Assembly: GCA_004431415.1 (NCBI GenBank)
Contig: QPMI01000548.1
Coordinates: forward strand, 1 to 39,905
Direction: 5' to 3'
From: Cyanophora paradoxa CCMP329
Taxonomy: Eukaryota; Plantae; Glaucophyta
DNA: 39,905 nt
Shown piece after piece: positions 9,487 through 18,805 of the stretch; position 1 is the first letter of the stretch; each line of letters begins with the position of its first letter. The notes under the pieces are model-generated. The model was not told the DNA's origin. It saw nothing but the letters and a program-made list of their open reading frames with translations, and made no database searches. Made by a program: the position numbers and the translations under genes.

Positions 9487-10875
9487 CTAATGGAAGCGGC
9501 GGTAGGCGCCGCCGTTGGTGAAGGTGATCTCGTTGTAGTAGCGGCAGTAGATGTCGGCCACGGGCAGGTTGGGTGCCGTGTAGGTCTTGAGCGTGGTGAG
9601 CGTGAGCTCGATGGTCTTGAAGGCGCCCATGTCGAGGCCGCCGAACATCTTGGTGTTGTCCGCCACGTCCGTGCCGAAGGGGAGCGAGTAGATGAACTCC
9701 GTCCCGAACTGGCCCACGTTGCGGGGCTGGATATCGCTGCTGTGGGCGTCGTGGGCCGCAAGGGTCACGTTCCCCGTGGTCCCCGGCACGTTATCGTGCC
9801 CCGACCACGGGTGCGGGTGCAGCGCGTCGGCCACGTCGGCGGCCGCCGTCCCGTCCATCGAGGTCACGCCCCGCAGCAGCTCGAGGTGCTTGCGCGTGGG
9901 GGCGTGCGTGTGCTCCTTGTGCGCGATGGCCGTGCGCAAAAAGTGCGCATCGTGGTTCGAGCTGTCGACCACCTTGATGTTGTCGCACTTCAGCTCGATC
10001 TTGTCGAGCGGGCGGAAGCGCCAGAAGTGCTCGCCGTTGTCGGTGTGCGGCTTGTCGCGCACCACCACGATCAGCTCGTAGCAGATCCCCGTGAAGGGCA
10101 GGCGGATGGCGGCGCCCGACGTGAACTGGACGTGGTAGTGCTGCACGTACTTGCCGGCCCACGTGAACGAGTTCGGGTGCAGCGCCAGCTCGCGCGAGTC
10201 GATGTGCACGTAGCGCAGGATGAGCTTGGTGTCCAGGCTGACGCTGCTCGTCAGGCTGGTGTTCGTGTGCAGGCCGCCGTCCACGAAGGAGGCCGTCACC
10301 TCCTTCTGCGACGCAAAGGTGATCTGCAGCTTCATCTCGTTGCCGGTCCCGCGGATCTTGTGGAGGGGCACGGCGAACTTTCGACCGAAGCCCGTCGCGA
10401 TGCGGATCGGCACGTACAGCGTGTTCGGGGCCTTGCCCCGGCGGCGCAGCGGCTGGTGCGCCCAGAGGTTGTTCACCATGTCGACGTGCTCGGTGACGGA
10501 CTTGTCGTCCTCGAACTCGCCGTAGATGGCGTCGTGGTGGCCGTCGTACTCGTGGATCAGCTGCGTGCCCACGAAGATCTTCACCTTCTTGAGCAGCACG
10601 TAGCCGGCCTTCGGGATGTAGAAGTGGTCGGCGTTCGTCAGCGCCGGCAGCGTCACCCGGAGCCAGGCGTCGTTGAACATCGGCGCCGAGTGCGGGATGA
10701 CGATGTCGACGGTCTGGCCGAAGGTGACGCCCGACTGCACGGGGCTCACCTCGAGCACCTCGTCCACGAACGGCATCGCCGTGTCGAAGGTCTCGTGCAC
10801 GTGCACCGACGCGTCGGAGCTGCGCAGCGAGTGGTGCAGGGCGGTCGTGGGGGTGGAGATGAGCGCGGAAGCCAT
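9487..10875 (-). CDS. Major capsid protein, NCLDV-type double jelly-roll (divergent)
   Basis: Intact 462 aa; N-terminal VTFGQTVDIVIPHS..FNDAWLRVTLP..GYVLLKKVKIFVGTQLIHEYDG and C-terminal IYSLPFG..FGGLDMGAFKTIELTL..IYCRYYNEITFTNG match NCLDV MCP motifs. Confidence 0.85.
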   Translation of the reverse strand: MASALISTPTTALHHSLRSSDASVHVHETFDTAMPFVDEVLEVSPVQSGVTFGQTVDIVIPHSAPMFNDAWLRVTLPALTNADHFYIPKAGYVLLKKVKIFVGTQLIHEYDGHHDAIYGEFEDDKSVTEHVDMVNNLWAHQPLRRRGKAPNTLYVPIRIATGFGRKFAVPLHKIRGTGNEMKLQITFASQKEVTASFVDGGLHTNTSLTSSVSLDTKLILRYVHIDSRELALHPNSFTWAGKYVQHYHVQFTSGAAIRLPFTGICYELIVVVRDKPHTDNGEHFWRFRPLDKIELKCDNIKVVDSSNHDAHFLRTAIAHKEHTHAPTRKHLELLRGVTSMDGTAAADVADALHPHPWSGHDNVPGTTGNVTLAAHDAHSSDIQPRNVGQFGTEFIYSLPFGTDVADNTKMFGGLDMGAFKTIELTLTTLKTYTAPNLPVADIYCRYYNEITFTNGGAYRRFH

Positions 10876-10917
10876 GGTGGTTTAGGGATGCGTTGAGAAA
10901 ATTTTTTGGGTGGACGC

Positions 10918-12883
10918 CTACGTTATTAGAGGGCGCGGCCCCCGTCGCGCCAGGTCCGCGTCGTACGCCTTCTTGCGGAGTGCGTCCGTGATCGCAGACC
11001 AGTCGCGTGTGCCGTTAAGATAACCCAGGGCAAGTCCTTGGCCCAACATGAAGTAACGCTCTGGATCCAAGTTCATGAGTTGCTGGGCCCGCTCCTCTAC
11101 GCGCCGCACACGCTCCATAAAGGGGCCCTTTGCCGCAGATCCGAGCGGGTCCGCTTCTCGCTCAGCTTCGAAGAATTTCACGACATCCCCGCCCAGGTCC
11201 GAAATATCACGGTGCTGCTCTGCTATCCGTGCCTGTGCCTTGTTGACTCCAGCTGCCTGGGCTTGGGCTATCGATGCCAGTTGGTTGTAATCGATTTCTT
11301 CTGCAAGGTATTTCGCAACGGCGGCGTCCCCTGCAGCGCGCGCGATTTCGGGCGATACGCTCACAAGGAATCCCTCCCGGCGAGCCCGATTGGCCGCGCG
11401 CTCCGCTTCCGCCTCCTCGTCCATGGGATCGTCTGGACTGGCTGGATTGCCTGGAGCACCGGAGCGAATTTTCTTCAGCAGCCCCGCACGGCGAGCTTCT
11501 GTCGCCTCTTTCACCTTCTTGGCGGCCAGTTCAAGCGCATCGTTTAAGTCCATCGTCGTATACCCGGGTCTCCGCCCCGTATCCTTGTACGCGGCCCTGC
11601 GCTTGTCCATGGCTTCCATCTCGCGCGGGACGAGGGGGCGATTTCTATCCCCGCGTTTGCGAGTTGAGCCTGGACGGCGACGGGCACCCGCTCGAGCACG
11701 GCCCTTGCCGCCGCAACGGCCACCGCCTCGGCCGCCACCACCTCTGGCGGGCGCGAGGGCCCCGCCTGTGGCTCGGGCGGCGGCGGGGTGGCGGCGGGGC
11801 GGCGGCGGGGGCTGCTGCTCCGCTGGGGCGCCGACGGCCGGGCCACCGTGTCCGGGGGCTGCGAGGGCCGGGCTGCGGCTGCAGCGGTGGCGTCTTCGGC
11901 CCGGGGGGCGGAGGCGGCGGAGGCGGAGGCCCCGGAGGCGGGGCCCCCCCTTCGTTGTCGGAGTCTGACTCGATCATTTCGTCTCTGGGTTCCTTGGATG
12001 GCAGGGCCTTCTGAATGAGGGCCTCGCGCGCGCCCTTGCCCGCCTTGATTGCTCTGCCCATGGCCGCCTCCGGGAAACTGGCCTCGATGGCCTCGTTGTC
12101 CCCGTCCGTGATGCGCACCTTCTGCTCGCGGCGGGCCTTGATGTACTGTTCCTTGTCCATCCGCTTCTTCGCCCGCCTTTTCTCCCTGGGTACGTCGCGC
12201 TGGCGGCTCTCGTCCGGCCCCGGCCCCTCGCTGTCCGAGCTCGAGGGCGGCTCGGCCTGGGCGAAGGGCTGGCGCGTGTTGCGGTTCGTCCAGTCGGGGT
12301 CGTACTTCCCTCCGATCAGCTCCTCGGGCTTCTTGTTCTCGCGCGCGTAGATGCTCGTGGGCTTGAACTCCTCGCCGTTGATGATGTACTTGTAGTAGTA
12401 GTACGCGTCCTCGAGGTTCATCGGGCCCAGCGTCTCGAGGCGCTTCTTGCGCTTCAGGAATTCGGTGATCTGATCCTCCTTCGACTTGCAGAACTCCCGC
12501 ACGCCCGGCAGCACCGTCAGGTTCTTGCCGTCCACGTCGCAGGCGCCCGCTCCCTTGGCCTTCAGGTTCGCGGTGAAGGCCGACTGGCCCATCAGCCAGG
12601 CGCGGAAGCCCTCCTCGTACTCCTCGTCGAGGCTCGACTCCATCTGCTGGAACTTGTTGATGTAGTACGCGTTGGCGATGGCCTGCGCCTCCACCTCGGC
12701 GAGCTTGTCCGATTGATCGCGCTCCTCGAACCGAATTTCCGGCGTGGCCCTCGCCAGCGCCGTCTTCATCAGCTGCTGAAAGTGCGCGTACTTGTCGCTC
12801 TCGAAGGGCGTGATGTGCGAGTCCCCGCCCCCCGGGATCGCGAGCACGTTGCGCGGCGCGAAACGCGAGGCGAGCCCCCTCAT
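10918..12883 (-). CDS. Large hypothetical protein with central Pro-rich linker (frameshifted)
   Basis: ORF 11645..12889 (from ATG 12883) joins the 11544 frame and ORF 10918..11619; globular N-domain with FRAWLMG..LPGVREF..GPMNLEDAYYYYKY. Confidence 0.55.
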
Positions 12884-13157
12884 TTGCACTTCTTAGGAGC
12901 CGGCTTTGAAATTTTATCGGTCTTGGCCTTGTCTTCCTTCCCGTCCTTCTTCTCGGCCCCTTCTTCCCCTGCTTCGTCGGGCGCATCGCCACGAATATTT
13001 CGCCGGGCGAGACGTCCTCGTACAGCGGCTTCGGTCCCTTAGGAAATTCGGGCGGGCCCTTCAGCTTCTCCTTCGCCTCCTTCACCTCCGCCTTGGTGGG
13101 CCGCTCCTGCCCGTTCGTGGGCGCCTTTTTCGCGGGCTTCTTCTGCGCCTCCGGCAT
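12880..13157 (-). CDS. Small Lys/Glu-rich protein (one frameshift)
   Basis: MPEAQKKPAKK...VSPGE / IRGDAPDEAGEEG...KKCK*; stop overlaps the next ATG (ATGA). Confidence 0.45.
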
Positions 13158-13497
13158 GTTTACCCATCACCAGAAAAATATGGGTTGGCGCCCCCGTACG
13201 TCTCGGGAACTGCCTCTCCCACCTGCGCTCGGCCGCGTCCCTCTGGTCGGCGAAGCTACGGTAGGCCGCGGCCCTCTGCCCCATCACGATTTGCCAGAGC
13301 CGTGCACGGACCTCGTCCTGCAGTCTGTACACCCAATCGCGAATGTTCTCGACGATATCCGTCGGCAGCGTGGCCAACCCCGCCTTGATCTCGGGTACAT
13401 CCGTGGGATCCTCTTCGAGCGTAAGCTTCTGCATGCGAGCGCGCAGCATCTCAATTTGCGTATCGATTGGGGCCCAATAAGGGATAGATCGAGACAT
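13039..13497 (-). CDS. Hypothetical helical protein; true 3' end probably near 13150
   Basis: ATG after AATTTCTCA motif; MSRSIPYWAPIDTQIEMLRARMQKL... Confidence 0.5.
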   Translation of the reverse strand: MSRSIPYWAPIDTQIEMLRARMQKLTLEEDPTDVPEIKAGLATLPTDIVENIRDWVYRLQDEVRARLWQIVMGQRAAAYRSFADQRDAAERRWERQFPRRTGAPTHIFLVMGKHAGGAEEAREKGAHERAGAAHQGGGEGGEGEAEGPARIS

Positions 13498-13520
13498 CGG
13501 GGTACGGGGTCACTGAGAAA

Positions 13521-13771
13521 TTACACTGGGTCGGAAGAGGAGGTACCCCACCAGGATCCCCGCTATAATCCAGAGGGGCGACCAGTCGCGCTCCGCCGGC
13601 GCGCCCCCGGCGTCACCATCAGCTGCCCCGCCCGGGCCTGCGCAGGCCGTGCGTGCGGTGGTCCGCCCAGTGCGGGCGCGGGAACTGCTCCTGCGGCATG
13701 CGCTCGGGGTAGATGCCGTCGAATCGGTTCTGCATTTGGTACATGTCCCTATCGAACAGCAGGGAGGCCAT
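13521..13771 (-). CDS. Small protein with C-terminal TM helix (frameshifted)
   Basis: MASLLFDRDMYQMQNRFDGIYPERMP.../ WSPLWIIAG / ILVGYLLFR; TATTTCTA motif upstream. Confidence 0.4.
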
Positions 13772-13774
13772 TTC

Positions 13775-14287
13775 TCAATTTGGGGAGGGACTTAGAAATA
13801 CTGCCCGTGAGCTCCCTGTCGCGGATCCTGCGAAAATCCGCGAAGAGCCCGCGCGCGCAGCGCCTGCAGACGAGGCGGGCCCGCCCGCCCACGCGCGCCA
13901 CCGAGATCTCGTGGCCGAACTGCAGGTGGCCCGGGAAGCAGGTGGGGGGTAGTCGCAGACGAAGCAGTGGCAGGGGCAGTTGCGCCGCCGAATCACTGCT
14001 GAAGAATCGCAGGCTCGCTCGCCGCCTTCCTCGGCGCGCGCTGGCGCTTGGGCTGGGCCTCGAGCGGGCTCGGGTCGCCCTCCGCGGGGGCCGCCTCTAG
14101 GCGCTGCTGCTGCCGAGGGCGCTCGCGGCGAGGGCGTTCGGGCGCTCAGAAAAAGTGCGTAGTAGCGGACGGCGCACCGGGGGCAGCAGACGTAGACGCC
14201 CGCCTTGAGCACCCAGCCGCGCTTGGTCTGGGGCAGGCGGCAGATTTCGCAGCAGAGGGACCTGGGCTTGCGGCACGAGGATCCCAT
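13775..14287 (-). CDS. One or two small Cys-rich (Zn-binding) proteins; frameshifted
   Basis: CCEIC...CCPRC, then CPCHCFVC...VCRRC in adjacent frames. Confidence 0.35.
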   Translation of the reverse strand: MGSSCRKPRSLCCEICRLPQTKRGWVLKAGVYVCCPRCAVRYYALFLSARTPSPRAPSAAAAPRGGPRGGRPEPARGPAQAPARAEEGGERACDSSAVIRRRNCPCHCFVCDYPPPASRATCSSATRSRWRAWAGGPASSAGAARAGSSRIFAGSATGSSRAVFLSPSPN

Positions 14288-14319
14288 CTGGCGGGCGGGG
14301 CCTAGAAATCACAATGGGA

Positions 14320-14795
14320 TCACAACGGATTGAGCGCGGCGTAGAGGGCGATTAAGTAGGCGTCGCAGAGGTCGTCGAGCTTGCCGTTTCGATCCGCGAT
14401 GTCGGCGAGCTCGGCGGGTACGAGGTCGCGGCACTTGTCCACGGCGCCCCGCTTGCGCTCCTTGTAGCTCGGGTTCGAGATCTTGAAGAAGTGCTTGATG
14501 GCGCGCGGGCTCACGATCCGCGCACGCCCGTACAGCAGGGCGTGGAGCGTGCACTCGATGCAGCGATTGATTCCCGTCCTCTGGCCCTCGATCGCGATCT
14601 GGTCGGGAAGGCCGAAGGCGCTATGGCCGCGAGTAACCTCCACCAGGCGCGCAACCAGGCGGCCACAGCAGCGCGCAGACGGGAAGAGGGCGATCTTCTG
14701 CCAGTCGAGAATCTGGGATTCCTTTGTCTGCGGATCGAATTCGATGAGGCACCATGCGAAATTGATGACCCCACATCCACGCCGAGGATCTTCAT
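14320..14795 (-). CDS. Holliday junction resolvase, poxvirus A22 / RuvC-like; frameshift after codon ~9
   Basis: MKILGVDVG / INFAWC, IAIEGQ, ERKRGAV, KLDDLCDAYLIA carry the RuvC acidic catalytic residues. Confidence 0.85.
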
Positions 14796-14828
14796 CCCAG
14801 GGTCGCAAGAAAATCTGAATGAAGGGGG

Positions 14829-15041
14829 ATGGCAGAGGCCTGGGCGGAAAAATTCATCCGGATGGTGCATCGACATTACCGAGATGAGTTCTTCAGCTCA
14901 GACTACAGCCAAAGCGTTCCAGACATTCTGAGCGATTTCGAAAGCTGCATTAGAGAGGGCTGCGCGCTGCTAGGTATCGACTACGAGGACCTGGAGCTAG
15001 GTATCGACTACGAGGACCTGGAGCACCCTCGAAAAATCTGA
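14829..15041 (+). CDS. 70-aa protein with an internal 27-bp tandem duplication, flanked by 19-bp direct repeats
   Basis: LGIDYEDLE twice; AAAATCTGAATGAAGGGGG at 14810-14828 and 15033-15051. Confidence 0.45.
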   Translation: MAEAWAEKFIRMVHRHYRDEFFSSDYSQSVPDILSDFESCIREGCALLGIDYEDLELGIDYEDLEHPRKI

Positions 15042-15055
15042 ATGAAGGGGGTAAA

Positions 15056-16125
15056 ATGGCCAAGGACCCCAAGAAGCCGAAGAAGCCGAAGGCGGCCAAG
15101 CCCCAGCCCGCCCAGCCCGCAGGCGCAGCGCCCGCGGCCCCCGCCCCGCCGGCCAGGCCACCGGCACGGGCTCGGGCACGGCCCCCGCCGCCGGCGCCAG
15201 CTGCGCCATGGGCATGACAGAGGACGGCCAGCAGCTCACGCCCGAGCAGGTCAACGCCTTCCTCGACAACTCGAAGACGGGAGGCATCGAGCGCATGGCC
15301 TGCCTGCCCGAGCTCAAGTGGTTCGACGTGAACACCGTCAAGTCCGACGCCACGGTCGTCTGCGTCGGCAAGCGGCGCACGGGCAAGTCCTTCTTCCTCC
15401 GCGATCTCATGTTCAACCTCTCCGGCACCTTCCCGGGGGGTATCGTGATCAGCCAGACCGATCGCCTGAACGGCTACTGGAAGCAGTACATCCCGCAGCG
15501 CTTCATCTGGCCCAAGTACAACCCGGGCGTGCTCTTCCATTTATTCAGGAGGCAGCAGGCGATCATGCAGCACAACAAGTCCGAAGACGTGCTCGCGGGA
15601 AAGGAGGATCCCGTCGACCCGCGATTTTTCGTGCTGCTCGACGACGTGATTTCCGACGCTCGGCTGCGGTACGACGAGGCCCTCAACGAGCTCTTCGTGG
15701 CGGGGCGCCACTACAAAATCATGACCCTTATCACGACGCAGTATGCCAAGGGCATCAATCCCGTCCTGCGCTCCAATACTGATCTGGCTGTCATTTTCAA
15801 GTGCTCGCAGGCGATGCAGCGCGAGGCCCTCGCAAAGGAGTGGGGCGACATCATCTCCCAGCGCGCCTTCTACTACCTGCTCGATAAGTACACGCAGGAT
15901 AACCACTGCCTTATCATCGATTCTTCCAACAACTCTACGAACCCTCTGGACGTTTTGTACGTCTACAAGGCCGAGGAGCCGCCCCCCTTCCGCATCGGAT
16001 CCAAGGAGTACTGGGAGGGCGAAACCGTCAACGGAGAAAATCTCGTGGGTCCGGACGACGGCACGGTGGACAAGACGCTCCTCGGCATGATAGATAATTT
16101 CAGGAAGCACCGCGGCCTCGCCTGA
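15056..16125 (+). CDS. A32-like (FtsK/HerA) genome packaging ATPase; frameshift in the low-complexity N-terminus
   Basis: Walker A GKRRTGKS, Walker B FFVLLDD, GRHYKI, TTQY, LRSNTD. Confidence 0.92.
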
Positions 16126-16151
16126 TTTTTTCTGAGGCTTCGTGCGTAAGC

Positions 16152-16502
16152 ATGTCGCCCAGCGCCCACATCGCCTCCGTCTTCCGCGTCGAGTCCATCG
16201 CTTACGACTGCCTCCTGGAGGCGAGCCTCGACCCCTCCTCGCCCTTTAACGACGGCGAGGTCAGCAGCGCCCTGGAGAGGATCTGCGACGCGCTGGGAAT
16301 TAACTGGGAGCGCCTGACCGCGGAGGCGGCGGACGAGGCCGCGGCCGAGTCGCTGGGCAGTGAGGACACCAGCTCGGAGGAGATGACAGACGAAGAGGGA
16401 GACAGGGTGATTTACGTGCGCGACCCGGACGATTTTGCGACCTCGGAATCGGGCTCGGAGGAGGAGGCAGAGGAGACCGAGGACGAGGACTCCGACGCCT
16501 AG
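16152..16502 (+). CDS. Acidic hypothetical protein
   Basis: Intact 116 aa; ATTTTTTCT motif upstream. Confidence 0.55.
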   Translation: MSPSAHIASVFRVESIAYDCLLEASLDPSSPFNDGEVSSALERICDALGINWERLTAEAADEAAAESLGSEDTSSEEMTDEEGDRVIYVRDPDDFATSESGSEEEAEETEDEDSDA

Positions 16503-16537
16503 GCGCGCCCCTTAAAAATTTCCGAGGCGCTAGGAAA

Positions 16538-16882
16538 ATGTCAAAGGTGCTCCTAGGGCTCTCCCAGGCTATCGTGCAGTACGCCCTCGGCCTGGCATCC
16601 GGCTCCCTCATCGACGCCGCCTTCTCCTCGCACGAAGGCGAAAACAGGGCGGGCCACGCAGCCGAGCTCGCCGCGCAAGTCGCCGTCAACGGCCTCTCCC
16701 TCGGCCTGCTCTCGAAATACGTGCTCACCCTCAAGTTCTTCGACGACGACCCCACCGGCGGAATTATGTTCATCCTCGGATTCACACACGGGCAGACGAA
16801 CATGCTAATCAAGGCTACCAGCGCCAGCTTCGGAATCAAGCAGGCGCTCGAGCGGAAGGCCGCCGCGATCACTAAAGAGTAG
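16538..16882 (+). CDS. Small multi-helix membrane protein (possible virion membrane protein)
   Basis: Intact 114 aa with three hydrophobic stretches; DPTGGIMFILGF. Confidence 0.55.
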   Translation: MSKVLLGLSQAIVQYALGLASGSLIDAAFSSHEGENRAGHAAELAAQVAVNGLSLGLLSKYVLTLKFFDDDPTGGIMFILGFTHGQTNMLIKATSASFGIKQALERKAAAITKE

Positions 16883-17710
16883 CTAAAGAGTAGGAAAGAA
16901 ATGCCAGTCGTTGTACTCGCAGATCCTGTTCCAAATCGAATCTAACTCCGAGAGTTTCTGCCTGCTCTTGAGCAAGGGGAAAAAGGGGAGGTGCTGGGGC
17001 AAATCCAGCAGCACGAAAATCTGCCTGAAAACGTAATTGTAGTTGAGCATGTTCTTCCTGCCCTGCGACTTGAACATGCTGAAGGGGACCTCCACCAGGG
17101 CGAACATCTCCTGCACCCGGTCCATGTCCTCCGCGCTCATCGGAGGCGGGCGCTCGCCCGTGATGCGCCACTTGATCTGCGCCCAGCGCTCGATGTACTT
17201 CTGCTGCTTCAGAGCCCGGAGAACTTGGCGGATATTGTCTTTGCTCCACTCCTTCCCCGCCATGCGCCTCGCAATAGCTGCCAGCACGTCCTCGGGTACC
17301 GGAGAATCCTCCAGGCAGTGCTGCTTAAGTCGCTCGGAAACGTGGTACTTGCGCAGGTAGTTGCTGTGGAGCTCGCTGACAGCCAGGGGTTGATGGTCCG
17401 GATAATAAAGATCCAGGACCAGACCGCAGCCTTGGCAAACCAGATCCCCATCCAGGTGAACACCAACGAGGGCGGTAGAGCTGCAATTTCCGCAGGGGAC
17501 AGCGGCTTCGCCTTGGGGCCTTGGGTGCGGCGGTTGCGCTTGCGGGGGCGCTCTCCGGCCCCGAGGTAGGAGTTGGCGATGGCGGCGGCGGCGGCGGGTA
17601 CGGTGCCGGAGTGTCGAAGTCTGGGTCCCCTCGTCGTGAAGGATGGCGCCGTAGCGCTGGATCTGCTCGAAGTTTCGGAGGAGGAGATCGATTTCGTTAG
17701 AGTCTGCCAT
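16883..17710 (-). CDS. Viral late transcription factor 3 (VLTF3, poxvirus A2-like) with N-terminal Zn ribbon
   Basis: CGNC...LVCQGCG, YLRKYHVSERLKQ, RKNMLNYNYVFRQIF...FFPLLKSRQKL..LDSIWNRIC...W.FFPTL. Confidence 0.9.
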   Translation of the reverse strand: MADSNEIDLLLRNFEQIQRYGAILHDEGTQTSTLRHRTRRRRRHRQLLPRGRRAPPQAQPPHPRPQGEAAVPCGNCSSTALVGVHLDGDLVCQGCGLVLDLYYPDHQPLAVSELHSNYLRKYHVSERLKQHCLEDSPVPEDVLAAIARRMAGKEWSKDNIRQVLRALKQQKYIERWAQIKWRITGERPPPMSAEDMDRVQEMFALVEVPFSMFKSQGRKNMLNYNYVFRQIFVLLDLPQHLPFFPLLKSRQKLSELDSIWNRICEYNDWHFFPTL

Positions 17711-17828
17711 TCCTCTGAGTCCTCGTACTGCAGCTGAGCTATTCCCCTGCAGAACCAACAGGTTGGCTTCTCAGAGGAGAGTGGGTCCCACTTGCAAGTG
17801 AGGAAGCACTTGTTGCAGAAGGCGTTGC

Positions 17829-17867
17829 TCAGGTGATTCATGTGAGGCTCAGGTGATGCTCAGGTGA
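17829..17867. promoter_or_regulatory. Four phased TCAnnTGA E-boxes in the divergent VLTF3/HUH intergenic region
   Basis: TCAGGTGA 17829, TCATGTGA 17838, TCAGGTGA 17849, TCAGGTGA 17860. Confidence 0.55.
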
Positions 17868-17941
17868 GGTGCGGACGTACCCCGGGGCCCCACGTGGAAG
17901 CTCACCCCAGCCTCGGAAAATTTTCTAGGCCTTGGTCTGAC

Positions 17942-18784
17942 ATGCTCAACCTCATCGCGAGGGGCGTGGCAGCAAACAGGCAAGCCCGGGCACCGAACCC
18001 TCACCTCCGCATGGACGCCTCCGGCCGCTCCCGGGTAGAGACGCACATCGTGGTGGGCAACATCAACGACAAGGTGCTGGCGCCCGACAAGACGTGGTTC
18101 CAGAAGGTGCTGGACGCGGCGCCCGTGAGGAAACTGAACGGGGAGGATCGGCCGCAGCGCGAGTCGAATTTCATGATCACCATCCAGACCAACTACAAGC
18201 CGCGGAGCAGGGGAGAGGGCTCCAAGGTGCAGGACGCGTTTCACAGGGGGCTGGAGGCCCTCTTCTACGACGACAGGCAGCTGGCGCGGTGCATAAAGAT
18301 GGGGGTGTACCCCGACAAGGCGAACCCCAAGGGCTTCGATTTCAAGTCCGACCAGTACGACACGCACGTGGAGAAGGGCAACGCGAACATCGGCATCGAG
18401 TACGGGCCGCGGTCGGGGCGGCTCCACGCGCACATCCTGCTCACGCTGGTGCACTACTCGCGCGTGCAATTCGACGGCAAGAAGGCGTCGGATTTCCTCA
18501 TCAAGTTCATGCAAACGGAGGGGCAGGGCGGCCTGCCGAATTTCTACAAGGACGACTGGTTCGGGGAGGAGTACCAGAAGACGGCGGTGCGGCCGATACG
18601 GAGAAAGGACGCCCTCGGCATGCAGTGGACGGGCAAGGAGACGGGCTACAGGAAGCGAGAAACCGCCAGGCAGATGCACGTAGACGTAAAATTGCTGCCG
18701 CAGAGCAACCTTAAGGATCTGCTGCAGCTGTACATTACGAAGACGGTAGAGGCCCTCGAGACGGGCGCTGTAAAGCTCGTGTAA
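17942..18784 (+). CDS. HUH endonuclease (Rep-like), short paralogue
   Basis: Motif I SNFMITIQTN, motif II IEYGPRSGRLHAHILL, motif III LQLYITK (YxxK); AAATTTTCTAG upstream. Confidence 0.8.
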   Translation: MLNLIARGVAANRQARAPNPHLRMDASGRSRVETHIVVGNINDKVLAPDKTWFQKVLDAAPVRKLNGEDRPQRESNFMITIQTNYKPRSRGEGSKVQDAFHRGLEALFYDDRQLARCIKMGVYPDKANPKGFDFKSDQYDTHVEKGNANIGIEYGPRSGRLHAHILLTLVHYSRVQFDGKKASDFLIKFMQTEGQGGLPNFYKDDWFGEEYQKTAVRPIRRKDALGMQWTGKETGYRKRETARQMHVDVKLLPQSNLKDLLQLYITKTVEALETGAVKLV

Positions 18785-18805
18785 ATTTTTTCTCGTGTCC
18801 AATAA

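Noticed and set aside
9283-10896. 537-aa plus-strand ORF (and similar long antisense ORFs, e.g. 17849..18802, 40..1653, 37918..39186)
   Set aside because: Shadow or off-frame ORFs caused by high GC and codon bias of real genes
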